From: Alkalispirochaeta sp.
Lineage (GTDB): Bacteria > Spirochaetota > Spirochaetia > DSM-27196 > Alkalispirochaetaceae
Direction of reading: 5' to 3'
Assembly (NCBI GenBank): GCA_965242725.1
Contig: CBDESZ010000025.1
Coordinates: forward strand, 128,001-192,000
DNA length: 64,000 nucleotides
Shown: positions 30,844 through 40,911 of the stretch, in pieces
Position numbering within the stretch: position 1 is the first letter of the stretch
Layout: each line of letters opens with the position of its first letter
Translations under genes and position numbers: made by a program
The notes under the pieces: model-generated
Told to the model about the DNA's origin: nothing
The model's input: the letters and a program-made list of their open reading frames with translations, nothing else
Databases searched by the model: none

Positions 30844-31434
30844 ATGAAATCGACGGAAGGTGTCACGCGATGTCCATGGTGCGGTGATGATCCTGACTAC
30901 GTTGTCTATCACGACACGGAATGGGGCGTCCCCGTCCATGATGAACGCCGCCATTTTGAGTTTCTCATCCTGGAAGGCGCCCAGGCGGGGTTGAGCTGGC
31001 TTACGATCCTGAAACGTCGGGAAGGGTACCGGCGTTGTTTTGCCGGATTTGACCCACACACCGTTGCGCGGTTTGGAGAAGAAGACATTGTCCGTCTGAA
31101 AAGTGACCCCGGAATCATTCGCAATGACAAAAAGATCCGTTCCGCCGTCGGGAACGCCCGCGCCTTTCTCGCCGTGCAGGAAGAGTTCGGTTCCTTTGAC
31201 CGGTACATCTGGCGATTTTTCGACGGGAGACCGCTTATAAACGCCTTCCGGGAGCTCTCGGAGATTCCTGCGGAGACCGACCTGTCCCGGACGATAAGTA
31301 AAGACCTCAAGAGCAGAGGATTTTCCTTTGTCGGGCCCACCATCGTCTACGCCCATATGCAGGCGACCGGGCTGGTCAATGATCATCTTGTCGATTGCTT
31401 CCGATACCGTGAAGTACAAGGTGATGCGCGATAG
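30844..31434 (+). CDS. tag: DNA-3-methyladenine glycosylase I
   Basis: RCPW, YHDTEWG, EGAQAGLSW and GLVNDHLVDC motifs. Confidence 0.95.
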   Translation: MKSTEGVTRCPWCGDDPDYVVYHDTEWGVPVHDERRHFEFLILEGAQAGLSWLTILKRREGYRRCFAGFDPHTVARFGEEDIVRLKSDPGIIRNDKKIRSAVGNARAFLAVQEEFGSFDRYIWRFFDGRPLINAFRELSEIPAETDLSRTISKDLKSRGFSFVGPTIVYAHMQATGLVNDHLVDCFRYREVQGDAR

Positions 31435-31498
31435 TTGGCGGTAGCATTCCACGGCGCGCACAGTTTCCTCTCTCCCGTTAATTGTTTACTATTTTACA

Positions 31499-31993
31499 AT
31501 GGCAAAGTATTGGACGAAACCGAGGATCGTATTTTTTACGTGGGGAGTCGTGGAACTCGTCGGCTGGCTGGCAACACACTATTGGCCCGATCCCCGGGTC
31601 AACTGGGTATGGCTTGGATTGACCGTTATCGGGCTCATACCGATGGTCAAATACATGTCACTGAAAGTACCGAAAATGAGGAAGATCCTCACCCTCTGGG
31701 CGGTAGCCCTCGCGATCGGCATGGTCGCCTCATTCGGTTCCTTTGTGTGGCCATGGCTCTTCTGGCTGCCTGCATACCTTGGCGGATTCTGGCTCATCCT
31801 TATGGGAGCCGCATTCGTCGTCAACGCACTGTGGTGGACGCCGAAACTCTTTGTCATTGGAGGTCTTGCTCAAATCGCCGCCGGAATCGGGACGATGACC
31901 GTCATGACCCTCACGATCTATCAATACATCGTCGCCGCGGTGGTGGGCTCCGGCGCGATGTTCCTTCTCATGTATAAAAAAGGGCCAAAGTGA
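31499..31993 (+). CDS. Hypothetical Trp-rich membrane protein
   Basis: About 6 hydrophobic segments; TACTAT 6 nt upstream of ATG. Confidence 0.7.
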   Translation: MAKYWTKPRIVFFTWGVVELVGWLATHYWPDPRVNWVWLGLTVIGLIPMVKYMSLKVPKMRKILTLWAVALAIGMVASFGSFVWPWLFWLPAYLGGFWLILMGAAFVVNALWWTPKLFVIGGLAQIAAGIGTMTVMTLTIYQYIVAAVVGSGAMFLLMYKKGPK

Positions 31994-32045
31994 AATTATT
32001 GCCGATCGCTGGTCGATCGACGCGATAAATATTATTTTTTTAGTT

Positions 32046-32420
32046 ATGAAAAAGAAAGCGATAGTGTTTGTTGGTTTGCTGCTTCTTTCAGCGGCACTGG
32101 TGACGGCTCAGGAGGTGATCGATCTTACCGACAGCAATGCATCGGTCAAGGAAATCACCGTGAAGAACGACGGGTTCTCCTACATTCCCAGTGAAATCAG
32201 GGTGAATGTGGGCGATCGGATTCGGTTGACCTTTGAGAATACCGGCGGCTTTCATGACTGGAGACTGGACGAGTTTGATGCCGGGACCTCCCAGTTTCCG
32301 GCGGGACGCTCTGAGACGGTTGAATTTGTCGCCGACCGGGCTGGAAGTTTCGAATATTACTGCAGTGTCGGAAATCACCGTGCCCGTGGTATGTGGGGCA
32401 CCTTTGTCGTGGAAGGATAG
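32046..32420 (+). CDS. Secreted cupredoxin (type-1 copper-like)
   Basis: Signal peptide; GFHDW His and YYCSVGNHRARGM (C-x4-H-x4-M) ligand set. Confidence 0.88.
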   Translation: MKKKAIVFVGLLLLSAALVTAQEVIDLTDSNASVKEITVKNDGFSYIPSEIRVNVGDRIRLTFENTGGFHDWRLDEFDAGTSQFPAGRSETVEFVADRAGSFEYYCSVGNHRARGMWGTFVVEG

Positions 32421-32520
32421 TGATTGCGCCGCCGGCTCACCTCAGACTCAGTCGGGCTGAAGGGGCCGGCCGCATTTCTCGACCCGACGGCGTGCATATA
32501 GTATACTTCTCCCAGTTCAC

Positions 32521-33069
32521 ATGACGAAATCGGTTTTTCTACCGGGAAGAATGTTTCTCATCGCATGTATCGGCATCGTCGTCGGAGGTGGTCAGCTGTT
32601 CGGGCAGGCCAACACCCAGGCACAGGAACGGGATCGCATTGATCTTGCGGGGCTCGCCCGGGGTCCCGCAGTCATCGGCGGAGGTTTTGTGGTGGGAGAA
32701 CCCACGGGGTTGACCGGCAAGTTCTGGTATCCCGAGTCGGGGTTTGCCGTGGACGCGGCAGCCGCATGGTCTCTGTCTGCACAACGTTCTCTCTACATGC
32801 ACAGCGACATCATATATCATCTCGCCCTGATCGAGACGGAGGGAGGCCGGTATATCATCCCGTCCATCGGGTTCGGTGTGCTGGGGCGATTCGGCTCCGA
32901 CGTGGAAGTGGGGGTCCGTCTGCCCGTGGCGTTGTCGCTCTTCCTGTTTCCTTCGGTCCCTGTGGAGATATACGGCGAAATTGCCCCGGGAGTCGGCGTT
33001 GTCCCCGACACCGACGAGGAGTTTGGTCTCGGAATGGGAATTCGATTCTACTTCCCTGTGGGATCGTGA
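32521..33069 (+). CDS. Putative small outer-membrane beta-barrel protein (DUF3996-like)
   Basis: GEPTGLTGK, GVRLPV, EIAPG and terminal GIRFYF amphipathic strand pattern. Confidence 0.6.
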   Translation: MTKSVFLPGRMFLIACIGIVVGGGQLFGQANTQAQERDRIDLAGLARGPAVIGGGFVVGEPTGLTGKFWYPESGFAVDAAAAWSLSAQRSLYMHSDIIYHLALIETEGGRYIIPSIGFGVLGRFGSDVEVGVRLPVALSLFLFPSVPVEIYGEIAPGVGVVPDTDEEFGLGMGIRFYFPVGS

Positions 33070-33090
33070 CGGAACGGAAAGGAAGGTTCT

Positions 33091-34071
33091 ATGGCACAGT
33101 TCGTTCAGTTTTCACAGTACGGTGGTCCTGAAGTCCTGACACTGACGGAGGGGCCGAAACCGGATCCCCCGGAGGGCGAGGTGCGAATACGAGTCTATGC
33201 GGCGGGACTCAATTATATAGATACCTATCATCGTACCGGGTATTACCCGGTCCCCCGATTGCCGAGCGGCATCGGTGTGGAGGGTGCAGGGGTGGTCGAC
33301 AGGATCGGACCCGGGGTCACCCAATGGAAGACGGGACAGCGCGTCGCCTTCGTGATTACCCGGCTTGGCGCATACGCCCAATACCAGAACGTTCCCGCCG
33401 ATCGGCTCGTCCCGATTCCCGACGATGTGGACTTCGAAAGCGCCGCCGGAATGATGCTGAAGGGCATGACCGCCCGATATCTTCTACGACAGACCTATCC
33501 GGTCAGCTCGGAGGAGACGATCCTCGTCCACGCCGCCGCCGGCGGTGTCGGTCTTATCCTCTGCCAATGGGCGCGATATCTCGGGGCTACCGTCATCGGT
33601 ACGGTGGGAAGCCCGGAAAAGGCTGAACTTGCACGGGAACATGGATGCGACTATCCCGTCCTGTACCGTTCGGAGAACGTGGTAGAGCGCGTCCGGGAGG
33701 TGACGGAAGGGAAAGGTGTCTCCGTCGTCTACGACTCTGTCGGCAAGGACACGATGGAGCAGAGCCTGCAGTGTCTGCGGCCCCGAGGGCTCCTCGTGAG
33801 CTTCGGTCAAAGCTCAGGCGCCGTTCATGGATTCGACCCTGTGCTCCTTTCCCGCCACGGTTCCCTGTATCTGACGCGTCCGACACTGTTCCACTACATC
33901 GCCGACCGGGAAGAACTGGAAGAAAACTCCCACGAGTTGTTTTCCGTCGTACGTTCCGGGGCGGTCAGGATACCCGTGAATCAGCGGTATACCCTCGAGG
34001 AGGCGGCGGAAGCTCATCGGGCGCTTGAAAACCGGGAAACCACGGGCTCGACGGTATTTATCGTGGACTGA
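33091..34071 (+). CDS. qor: NADPH:quinone oxidoreductase (zeta-crystallin family)
   Basis: GGPEVL, GLNYIDTYHRTG, HAAAGGVG, YDSVGKDT and SLYLTRP motifs. Confidence 0.93.
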   Translation: MAQFVQFSQYGGPEVLTLTEGPKPDPPEGEVRIRVYAAGLNYIDTYHRTGYYPVPRLPSGIGVEGAGVVDRIGPGVTQWKTGQRVAFVITRLGAYAQYQNVPADRLVPIPDDVDFESAAGMMLKGMTARYLLRQTYPVSSEETILVHAAAGGVGLILCQWARYLGATVIGTVGSPEKAELAREHGCDYPVLYRSENVVERVREVTEGKGVSVVYDSVGKDTMEQSLQCLRPRGLLVSFGQSSGAVHGFDPVLLSRHGSLYLTRPTLFHYIADREELEENSHELFSVVRSGAVRIPVNQRYTLEEAAEAHRALENRETTGSTVFIVD

Positions 34072-34113
34072 TTGTTCCTTGTGAATCCGGTTTAGCCATG
34101 TTATACCGGAGAT

Positions 34114-35850
34114 ATGCACAAATCAGATATCGAAATTGCCCAAGCTGCAACAATGCGTGGAATTGGTGAGATTGCGTCATCGGCGGGATTGAAGGACGAC
34201 CAATGGTTGCCCTGGGGGCGCAATGTTGCCAAGGTAGACCCCGGCGTTGGAAAGGCGCCGCGCCACCCCGACGCGCGATACGTGGACGTTACGGCAATTA
34301 CGCCGACACCCCTGGGGGAAGGCAAGACGACGACAACCGTCGGACTCACCCAGGGGTTGGGACGGATCGGCAGGAAGGCGATGTGTGCGATACGCCAGCC
34401 GTCCATGGGACCGACCTTCGGCATCAAGGGAGGCGCCGCAGGGGGTGGATACAGCCAGATTCTGCCCATGGAGGAGTTTAATCTCCACCTGACCGGAGAT
34501 ATCCACGCCATTTCTGCGGCACATAACCTCATCGCCGCAGCTATCGACAATCAGATTTACCACGAATCACGATGGTCCGATGCCTTTTTTGAAAAACGGG
34601 GATTGTCGAAACTGAACATAGATCCCTATACCATTTCCTGGAACCGCGTCCTCGATTTGAATGATCGGGCGTTGCGTAACGTCATTACCGGACTCGGTGA
34701 GCTTGCCGACGGTCCCGTCAGGCAGGGAGGATTTGACATTACCGTTGCCAGTGAGCTTATGGCGGTCCTCGCACTTGCGACGGACCTTGAGGACCTCCGA
34801 CGCAGAATAGGCCGTATCGTCGTCGCCAGCGATTCGAAAGGCAATCCCGTTACTACCGAAGATCTCGGCGTCGCCGGCGCCGCGACGGTTCTCCTCCGGG
34901 ACGCGCTGTGGCCCAATCTGCTGCAGACCATAGAAGGACAACCCGCCTTTGTCCACGCCGGACCCTTTGCAAATATCGCCCACGGAAACTCGTCGGTCAT
35001 CGCCGATCGGATCGCCCTTGCCAATGGCGCGTTTCTCGTTACCGAGAGCGGGTTTGGAGCCGATATCGGCATGGAGAAGTTCTTCGACATCAAGTGCAGG
35101 GTGTCCCAGACATTTCCGGACGTCGTCGTCCTCGTGGCGACGGTGAGGGCGCTGAAAATGCATGGAGGCGGTCCCAAAGTTGTTCCCGGCCAGAGTCTCG
35201 CCGCGGAGTATCAGGAAGAGAATCTCCAGCTCCTGGAAGCGGGGCTCGCCAATCTGCAGGCACATTTACGTATTGCCGGCGAGTTCGGCGTACCGGTGGT
35301 GGTTGCGATCAACGCCTTTGGTACCGATACCCAGGCGGAATGGGATCTCATCGCCCGCTCGGCAAAGGAAAACGGCGCCTTTGACGCGGTCGTCACGTTC
35401 CATCATGCCAAAGGTGGAGAGGGCGCGGAGGAGCTGGCCCGGGCGGTGGCGAAGGCGGCGGATGCTCCCAAATCGCCGCGATTTCTCTATGAAACGACGG
35501 CGACTCTTGAAGAGAAGCTCACGACGGTGGCCACCAGACTCTACGGGGCGGAGCGGGTTGATATATCTCCCCTTGCGCGGACGCAGATCGCCCGGTTTGA
35601 ACAGGCGGGGTACGGATCGCTTCCGGTTTGCATCGCGAAGACACATCTTTCCCTGAGTCACGATCCGGCGCTGAAGAACGCGCCGTCGGGATTCGTATTT
35701 CCAATCCGGGAGCTGCGACCAAGTATCGGGGCGGGGTTCATTTACGCCCTCGCCGGCGATATTCGGACGATGCCCGGCCTGCCGAGCATTCCCGCCTTTC
35801 GGGGCGTAGACATCGATCCGGAAACCGAACGGGTAAAGGGCCTTTTCTAG
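34114..35850 (+). CDS. fhs: Formate--tetrahydrofolate ligase
   Basis: TPLGEGKTT, GIKGGAAGGGYSQ, HAGPFANIAHG and MPGLP motifs. Confidence 0.97.
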   Translation: MHKSDIEIAQAATMRGIGEIASSAGLKDDQWLPWGRNVAKVDPGVGKAPRHPDARYVDVTAITPTPLGEGKTTTTVGLTQGLGRIGRKAMCAIRQPSMGPTFGIKGGAAGGGYSQILPMEEFNLHLTGDIHAISAAHNLIAAAIDNQIYHESRWSDAFFEKRGLSKLNIDPYTISWNRVLDLNDRALRNVITGLGELADGPVRQGGFDITVASELMAVLALATDLEDLRRRIGRIVVASDSKGNPVTTEDLGVAGAATVLLRDALWPNLLQTIEGQPAFVHAGPFANIAHGNSSVIADRIALANGAFLVTESGFGADIGMEKFFDIKCRVSQTFPDVVVLVATVRALKMHGGGPKVVPGQSLAAEYQEENLQLLEAGLANLQAHLRIAGEFGVPVVVAINAFGTDTQAEWDLIARSAKENGAFDAVVTFHHAKGGEGAEELARAVAKAADAPKSPRFLYETTATLEEKLTTVATRLYGAERVDISPLARTQIARFEQAGYGSLPVCIAKTHLSLSHDPALKNAPSGFVFPIRELRPSIGAGFIYALAGDIRTMPGLPSIPAFRGVDIDPETERVKGLF

Positions 35851-36017
35851 CTCCATGTACGTTCCGCCGGCAAGACTCTCCGGCGCGAAATGAACCACAT
35901 ATCGGAGCGACTTGCGTTAAAATGACCCAAGTCGCCCGATCTCCTGGTAAAGTCAATTCCGGAACGATATAAATCCCGGTATTGCATATAGATAATTTCG
36001 GCGGATCAACTCGTTAC

Positions 36018-36034
36018 TCGGCAGGGAAATTGCT
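36018..36034 (+). promoter_or_regulatory. Candidate sigma54 (-24/-12) promoter
   Basis: TCGGCAGGGAAATTGCT with GG-N10-GC spacing, just upstream of the GGAGG SD and ATG 36056. Confidence 0.45.
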
Positions 36035-36055
36035 TCCATATCAATGGAGGCCGAA

Positions 36056-36961
36056 ATGGGAAACGGAGAGTTCCTGAGACAGCGTATCATTCTCATCGTG
36101 CAGACCGCGGCGATCGCCGGTATTCTCCTCTTCCTGACTATTCGGGCCGCCGCGATCCTTCTTGGATCGACCGCCGCGATCTTCGTACTCATACTCGTGC
36201 TGTTGTATACCTCCCGGCGGATACAGTCGGTCCGTACGACGCTTCCCGCAGAGGCCGCTCCCTGCGAGGGCATGACGGGCGTACGGCTGCATGAAGAGGT
36301 CCGGCGCCTCTCGGAAAAGGGAGGACTGCCCTTTGTTCCCGAGATTTACAGTTTTCCCTCGCCCGTCCCTCTGGCATTTACGACGGGATACGGACGACGC
36401 GCCGTTGTCGTCGTTTCCCACGGATTATTGCGGTTTATTCCATGGCGGGGAGTACGGGCCGTCCTCGCCCACGAAATCGCCCATTTGCGGCATCACGACC
36501 TGGAACTCTTTACGCTCACCTCGGTGCTGCAGGGACTTTCCCGCTTCTCCGCATTTGCGGCGACCATGGGACTGTTGTTTTTCTTTCCGCTTCTTGTTGC
36601 GGCCGGAGGGTCGGCGTACCTGGCAGGTGTCCTGTATCTTTCGGCAATACCAATATTCACCGTCGTGTTGTTTTTTGCACTTTCAAGGACGCGGGAATAC
36701 CGGGCCGACCTGGGGGCCCTGGAACTCGGTGTTGACGCGGAAGATCTGGCGGAGGCGTTGTCCCTCATCGAGCGCTATATGAGGGCCCTGGAGGTGCCGC
36801 ATTTGAATGAGGGTTCCCGATATCTCCGCACCCATCCGCCGACATCCAAACGAGTTCAGCGGTTACGGCGCCTGAAGCCAATGACGCCCCTTCACAATAA
36901 TGGTTATAATCGTCTTCATGCACATTCGATGGGACGAACTACGGGAAGAGATCATCGGTAA
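36056..36961 (+). CDS. M48 family zinc metalloprotease (HtpX-like)
   Basis: AHEIAH, SRTREYRAD and THPPT..R motifs; TM segments; GGAGG SD before 36056. Confidence 0.88.
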   Translation: MGNGEFLRQRIILIVQTAAIAGILLFLTIRAAAILLGSTAAIFVLILVLLYTSRRIQSVRTTLPAEAAPCEGMTGVRLHEEVRRLSEKGGLPFVPEIYSFPSPVPLAFTTGYGRRAVVVVSHGLLRFIPWRGVRAVLAHEIAHLRHHDLELFTLTSVLQGLSRFSAFAATMGLLFFFPLLVAAGGSAYLAGVLYLSAIPIFTVVLFFALSRTREYRADLGALELGVDAEDLAEALSLIERYMRALEVPHLNEGSRYLRTHPPTSKRVQRLRRLKPMTPLHNNGYNRLHAHSMGRTTGRDHR

Positions 36962-38612
36962 CGACGCAACGATTCTCACCCCCTATGGAGAACGGTATAT
37001 TACCTACGGCGACTATACGGCTTCCGGGCGCAGCGTCGAAAGGATCGAGCGGTACATCCATTACATGTTGCGCCACTACGCCAACACCCACACGGAAGAC
37101 GACGCGACAGGGAAGATGACGGGGCAACGCTATGCGGCGGCGATCGGGCTCATAAAGAAGCTCCTCAACGGTGATGATTCGTACTACCTGATTCCGGTCG
37201 GTTCCGGTTCAACCGGTGCCATCGCGCGACTTCAACAGATTCTGGGCATATACCTGCCGCCGGCAACACGTCGCAGAGTCACGGTGGACAAGGATTCGCC
37301 CGTCGTATTCGTCGGTCCCTACGAACACCACTCCAATGAAATATCATGGCGGGAGGGCATCGCCGACGTGGTCGAAGTCGACCTTGATGATGAAGGCGCC
37401 CTTTCGCTGGCTGACCTGGAACGCAAACTCTCGGATCCGCGGTGGGCGGACCGGGAAAAGATCGGTGCATTTTCCGCGGCGTCAAACGTCTCCGGCATTT
37501 GCACTGACGTCTATGCCGTCGCGGCGTTGCTTCATCGGTACGGTGCACGGGCGTTTTTTGACTATTCCGCCCGGGCTCCCTATGACGCTATCGATGTCCG
37601 CCACGACGAGCACAGTTACTTCGACGGTGTCTTCTTTTCGCCACACAAATATCTCGGCGGTCCCGGTTCAACCGGAATCCTTCTCGTTCATCGGTCGGTG
37701 TACTCCTCCGATCTTCCGCCCTCCGTCGCGGGAGGAGGGACTGTGCGTTTTGTGAGCGGCACCCGGCAGGACTACATCGACGATGTGGAGTTGCGGGAGC
37801 AGGCGGGAACGCCGGCGATTCTGCAGACGATGCGTGCAGCTCTCGCAATGGATCTGCAGCACCGATGCGGTATCGATGCGATCAAGGCGAGAGAAGCGGA
37901 GCTTCTTGACCGGGCGTATGAGCGCTTTGGCGAGATTCCGCACATACGTCTTCTCGTCCCCCATCAGAAAGGGGAGCAACTCGCAATCTGTTCATTCAAC
38001 ATTCGTCACGGAGACGCCTACCTCCATCCCCGCTTTGTTGTTCGTCTCCTGAATGACCTCTTCGGCATTCAGACCCGGGCGGGGTGTTCCTGCGCCGGCC
38101 CCTACGGCCACCGGCTTCTGGATATCGATCCGTCCATGTCGGAAGAGTATTCGCGGCGTATCGGTCGTGGCGAGGAGGGGCTCAAACCGGGATGGGTTCG
38201 CATCAATTTTCATTTTCTGCTGACCGATGAAGAGTTCGAATTTCTCTGTGACGCGATCATCTTCGTTGCGGAGTACGGCCGCTATTTCATGGACGACTAC
38301 GTCTTTGACCAGACCTCCGGAGCGTGGACGCACAGGGACGGCAGTGATGAGATTGAAGGATTCGGCATCGCCGAGGCTCTTGCTCACCTGCATGAGACTG
38401 ACGTTGCCGCGGACGGGACGCTTTTTGACGTCGGACGGAAACGGGGTGTGGATACCATTTCAATCCGTCGCCGGTACCTGGAAGACGCATTGGATCGGGC
38501 GTATCATCTCCGGCGTTCATTTGATGAAGGAGAGATGCGAATGACCGATCCCCGGCTCATGACATTCTGGTATTTGGAGAAGACTCGTGAAGAAAGTGAT
38601 AGTCATCGGTAG
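36918..38612 (+). CDS. Class V PLP-dependent aminotransferase / cysteine desulfurase-like
   Basis: DYTASGR, YANTHTE, EHHSNE, SPHKYLGGPG (PLP Lys) and RAGCSCAGPYG motifs. Confidence 0.9.
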   Translation: MHIRWDELREEIIGNDATILTPYGERYITYGDYTASGRSVERIERYIHYMLRHYANTHTEDDATGKMTGQRYAAAIGLIKKLLNGDDSYYLIPVGSGSTGAIARLQQILGIYLPPATRRRVTVDKDSPVVFVGPYEHHSNEISWREGIADVVEVDLDDEGALSLADLERKLSDPRWADREKIGAFSAASNVSGICTDVYAVAALLHRYGARAFFDYSARAPYDAIDVRHDEHSYFDGVFFSPHKYLGGPGSTGILLVHRSVYSSDLPPSVAGGGTVRFVSGTRQDYIDDVELREQAGTPAILQTMRAALAMDLQHRCGIDAIKAREAELLDRAYERFGEIPHIRLLVPHQKGEQLAICSFNIRHGDAYLHPRFVVRLLNDLFGIQTRAGCSCAGPYGHRLLDIDPSMSEEYSRRIGRGEEGLKPGWVRINFHFLLTDEEFEFLCDAIIFVAEYGRYFMDDYVFDQTSGAWTHRDGSDEIEGFGIAEALAHLHETDVAADGTLFDVGRKRGVDTISIRRRYLEDALDRAYHLRRSFDEGEMRMTDPRLMTFWYLEKTREESDSHR

Positions 38613-40095
38613 CGGTTTCGGCGGCATCTCGGCATCGGCATTTCTCGCACAGGAGGGATATGACGTCACGGTGCTGGAGAAAAATTCCTGGGTCGGCGGC
38701 CGGGCCCGTGTGCTGGAAGGGGAAGGATTCCGATTTGACATGGGGCCGAGCTGGTACTGGATGCCCGACGAGCACGATCGATGGTTTACCCGCCTCGGTC
38801 ACCGACGGGAGGACTTTTACCGTATACGTCGCGTCACCCCATCCTATCGCGTCTATTTCGGTGATTCACTCCCGGGGGAAACCAGGAATGTCCTGGACAT
38901 GCCCGTTGACAGGGACGATGCAAAGGCAGTTTTCGAATCCTACGAGGCCGGTGCCGGGGAGAAGCTTGATCGGTATCTTGCCGAATGCAAAGGGAAATAC
39001 GATTTCGCAATGGGGGAGTACATCTACCGGAATTACTACTCCCTCTTCGACTTCATTAACATGAAGACCCTTGCAAATCTTTCGATGTTGAACGTGACCC
39101 AGAGTTACGGCGGCCGTGTCGCTCGATACTTCCGCCATCCCTACCTCCGGAAAATGCTGGAGTTTCCCGTCGTCTTTCTCGGGAGCAACGCAAAATCGAC
39201 ACCGGCGATGTACACCCTGATGAGTCACATCGACTTCAATCTCGGGACGTGGTATCCCGAGGGCGGCTTTGGTAGAGTTGTCGAGTCGATGCGACAGGTC
39301 GCGGAAAACCTGGGTGTTCGATTCCATTTTTCAAATGAAGCCGTTCGTATCAATGTTGAAGGGGGTACGGCGCGTTCGGTCGTGGTCAAAAGTGAGAATG
39401 GGGGTGAATCCACGATCCCGACGGATATCGTGGTAGCCAACGCGGACTATCCCTTTGTGGAAATGAATCTACTTCCGGAACAGTATCGTTCAGTTCCCGA
39501 GCGAAAATGGGAACGGGCACAACTGGCACCGGGAGTGCTTAATTTTTACCTCGGTTTTGACCGTCCCCTTGATGAGTTCTCTCATCATACCTTTTTCTTT
39601 GATACCGACTGGGACGACCACTTCAGCGCCGTATACGAGGATCCCCGCTGGATTGACGAGCCCCTCTTCTATTTGCACGTTCCTTCACGGACCGATCCCT
39701 CCTGTGCTCCCCCCGGCGGGGAAGCAGTTTTCCTCCTCATTCCCGTCGCGCCCGGACTGGAGGATGATCGGGAACGGAGAAAGTACTACTTCAACCACGC
39801 AATGGACCGCATGGGACGTATTACGGGCAGGCCTCTGCGCAAGCATCTCGTCTACAAGGCGGAAATGTCTCTCGATGATTTTTCACGGGATTACCGGGCA
39901 TATAAAGGTAATGCCTTTGGTCTCGGACAGACGCTCTTTCAAACGGCGTGGTTCCGGACCGCCAACAGGTCAAAAAAGGTTGGAAACCTCTATTATGCGG
40001 GACAATACACCGTACCCGGTACCGGGACGACCATGAGCATGATCAGCGGTGAAGTTGCGTCGATGCGTATCAAAAAGGAGCAGAAAACGGGATGA
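38587..40095 (+). CDS. crtI: Phytoene desaturase family protein
   Basis: VIGSGFGG, GGRA, FDMGPSWYWMPD, WYPEGG, GNAFGL and YYAGQYTVPG motifs. Confidence 0.88.
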   Translation: MKKVIVIGSGFGGISASAFLAQEGYDVTVLEKNSWVGGRARVLEGEGFRFDMGPSWYWMPDEHDRWFTRLGHRREDFYRIRRVTPSYRVYFGDSLPGETRNVLDMPVDRDDAKAVFESYEAGAGEKLDRYLAECKGKYDFAMGEYIYRNYYSLFDFINMKTLANLSMLNVTQSYGGRVARYFRHPYLRKMLEFPVVFLGSNAKSTPAMYTLMSHIDFNLGTWYPEGGFGRVVESMRQVAENLGVRFHFSNEAVRINVEGGTARSVVVKSENGGESTIPTDIVVANADYPFVEMNLLPEQYRSVPERKWERAQLAPGVLNFYLGFDRPLDEFSHHTFFFDTDWDDHFSAVYEDPRWIDEPLFYLHVPSRTDPSCAPPGGEAVFLLIPVAPGLEDDRERRKYYFNHAMDRMGRITGRPLRKHLVYKAEMSLDDFSRDYRAYKGNAFGLGQTLFQTAWFRTANRSKKVGNLYYAGQYTVPGTGTTMSMISGEVASMRIKKEQKTG

Positions 40096-40856
40096 GTTGG
40101 TTTGGAAAACTGGTTGGAGGTACCATCGGCCTCATGATAGGCGGCCCCCTCGGGGCGATCGCGGGCGGTGCACTGGGGCATCATCTCTTTGACAGGGAAC
40201 ACGCGGGACAGGAACGGCTGGAGACGTTTTACCGCCGTCCGTCCGTTGACCAGCGACAGGCGGCGTATTTTCTCACCCTTTTTTCGCTCCTCGGTAAGCT
40301 CGCGAAAGCCGACGGTCAGGTTACCCAGGCGGAGGGAGAGAAACTCGTTTCCTTTCTCGACCATATGCGTCTCCACGGTGAGACGCGGACCTTTGCGATA
40401 CGCGTCTTCAACGAGGCGAAGGACTCGCCCTACACGGTGGAGCAGCTGGCTCAACAGTTTGCCGTCATGACACAGGGACGTCGTGATCTTCGGCACTCCA
40501 TGCTGGACATGCTCTTTCAAATCGCCCTTGCCGACGGTCACTACCATCCGTCGGAGGAGGAGATGATAGGCAGGATTGCCGGTGTATTCGGCGTATCCGA
40601 AGCTGAACTGGACGCGCTGCGTCAACGGTACGTCGGTACCACCAGTGCGACGAACAAGGCCTATGCAACCCTTGGGCTCACACCGGACGCCGACGATGAT
40701 ACCGTCCGCATCACCTATCGCCGTCTTGTCCAGGAGTACCACCCCGACCGAATTGTGTCTCATGGTCTTCCCGACGAGTTTGTTGACTATGCAACAGGGA
40801 GATTCCAGGAAATACAGGCGGCCTGGGAGGAAATCAAGAAAGCACGGGGTCTGTGA
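40092..40856 (+). CDS. djlA: DjlA-like co-chaperone (TerB-like + J domain)
   Basis: N-terminal GKLVGG..GGPLGA anchor, AKADG, C-terminal J domain with YHPD. Confidence 0.88.
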   Translation: MSWFGKLVGGTIGLMIGGPLGAIAGGALGHHLFDREHAGQERLETFYRRPSVDQRQAAYFLTLFSLLGKLAKADGQVTQAEGEKLVSFLDHMRLHGETRTFAIRVFNEAKDSPYTVEQLAQQFAVMTQGRRDLRHSMLDMLFQIALADGHYHPSEEEMIGRIAGVFGVSEAELDALRQRYVGTTSATNKAYATLGLTPDADDDTVRITYRRLVQEYHPDRIVSHGLPDEFVDYATGRFQEIQAAWEEIKKARGL

Positions 40857-40911
40857 CGGCGGCAGCGAGAGCTGTATCGTTTTGTGACACAGGATTGTGT
40901 ATACTGCCGAC

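Noticed and set aside
34072..34113. ZTP or THF riboswitch upstream of fhs
   Set aside because: The gap is only 42 bp and has no recognisable aptamer consensus.
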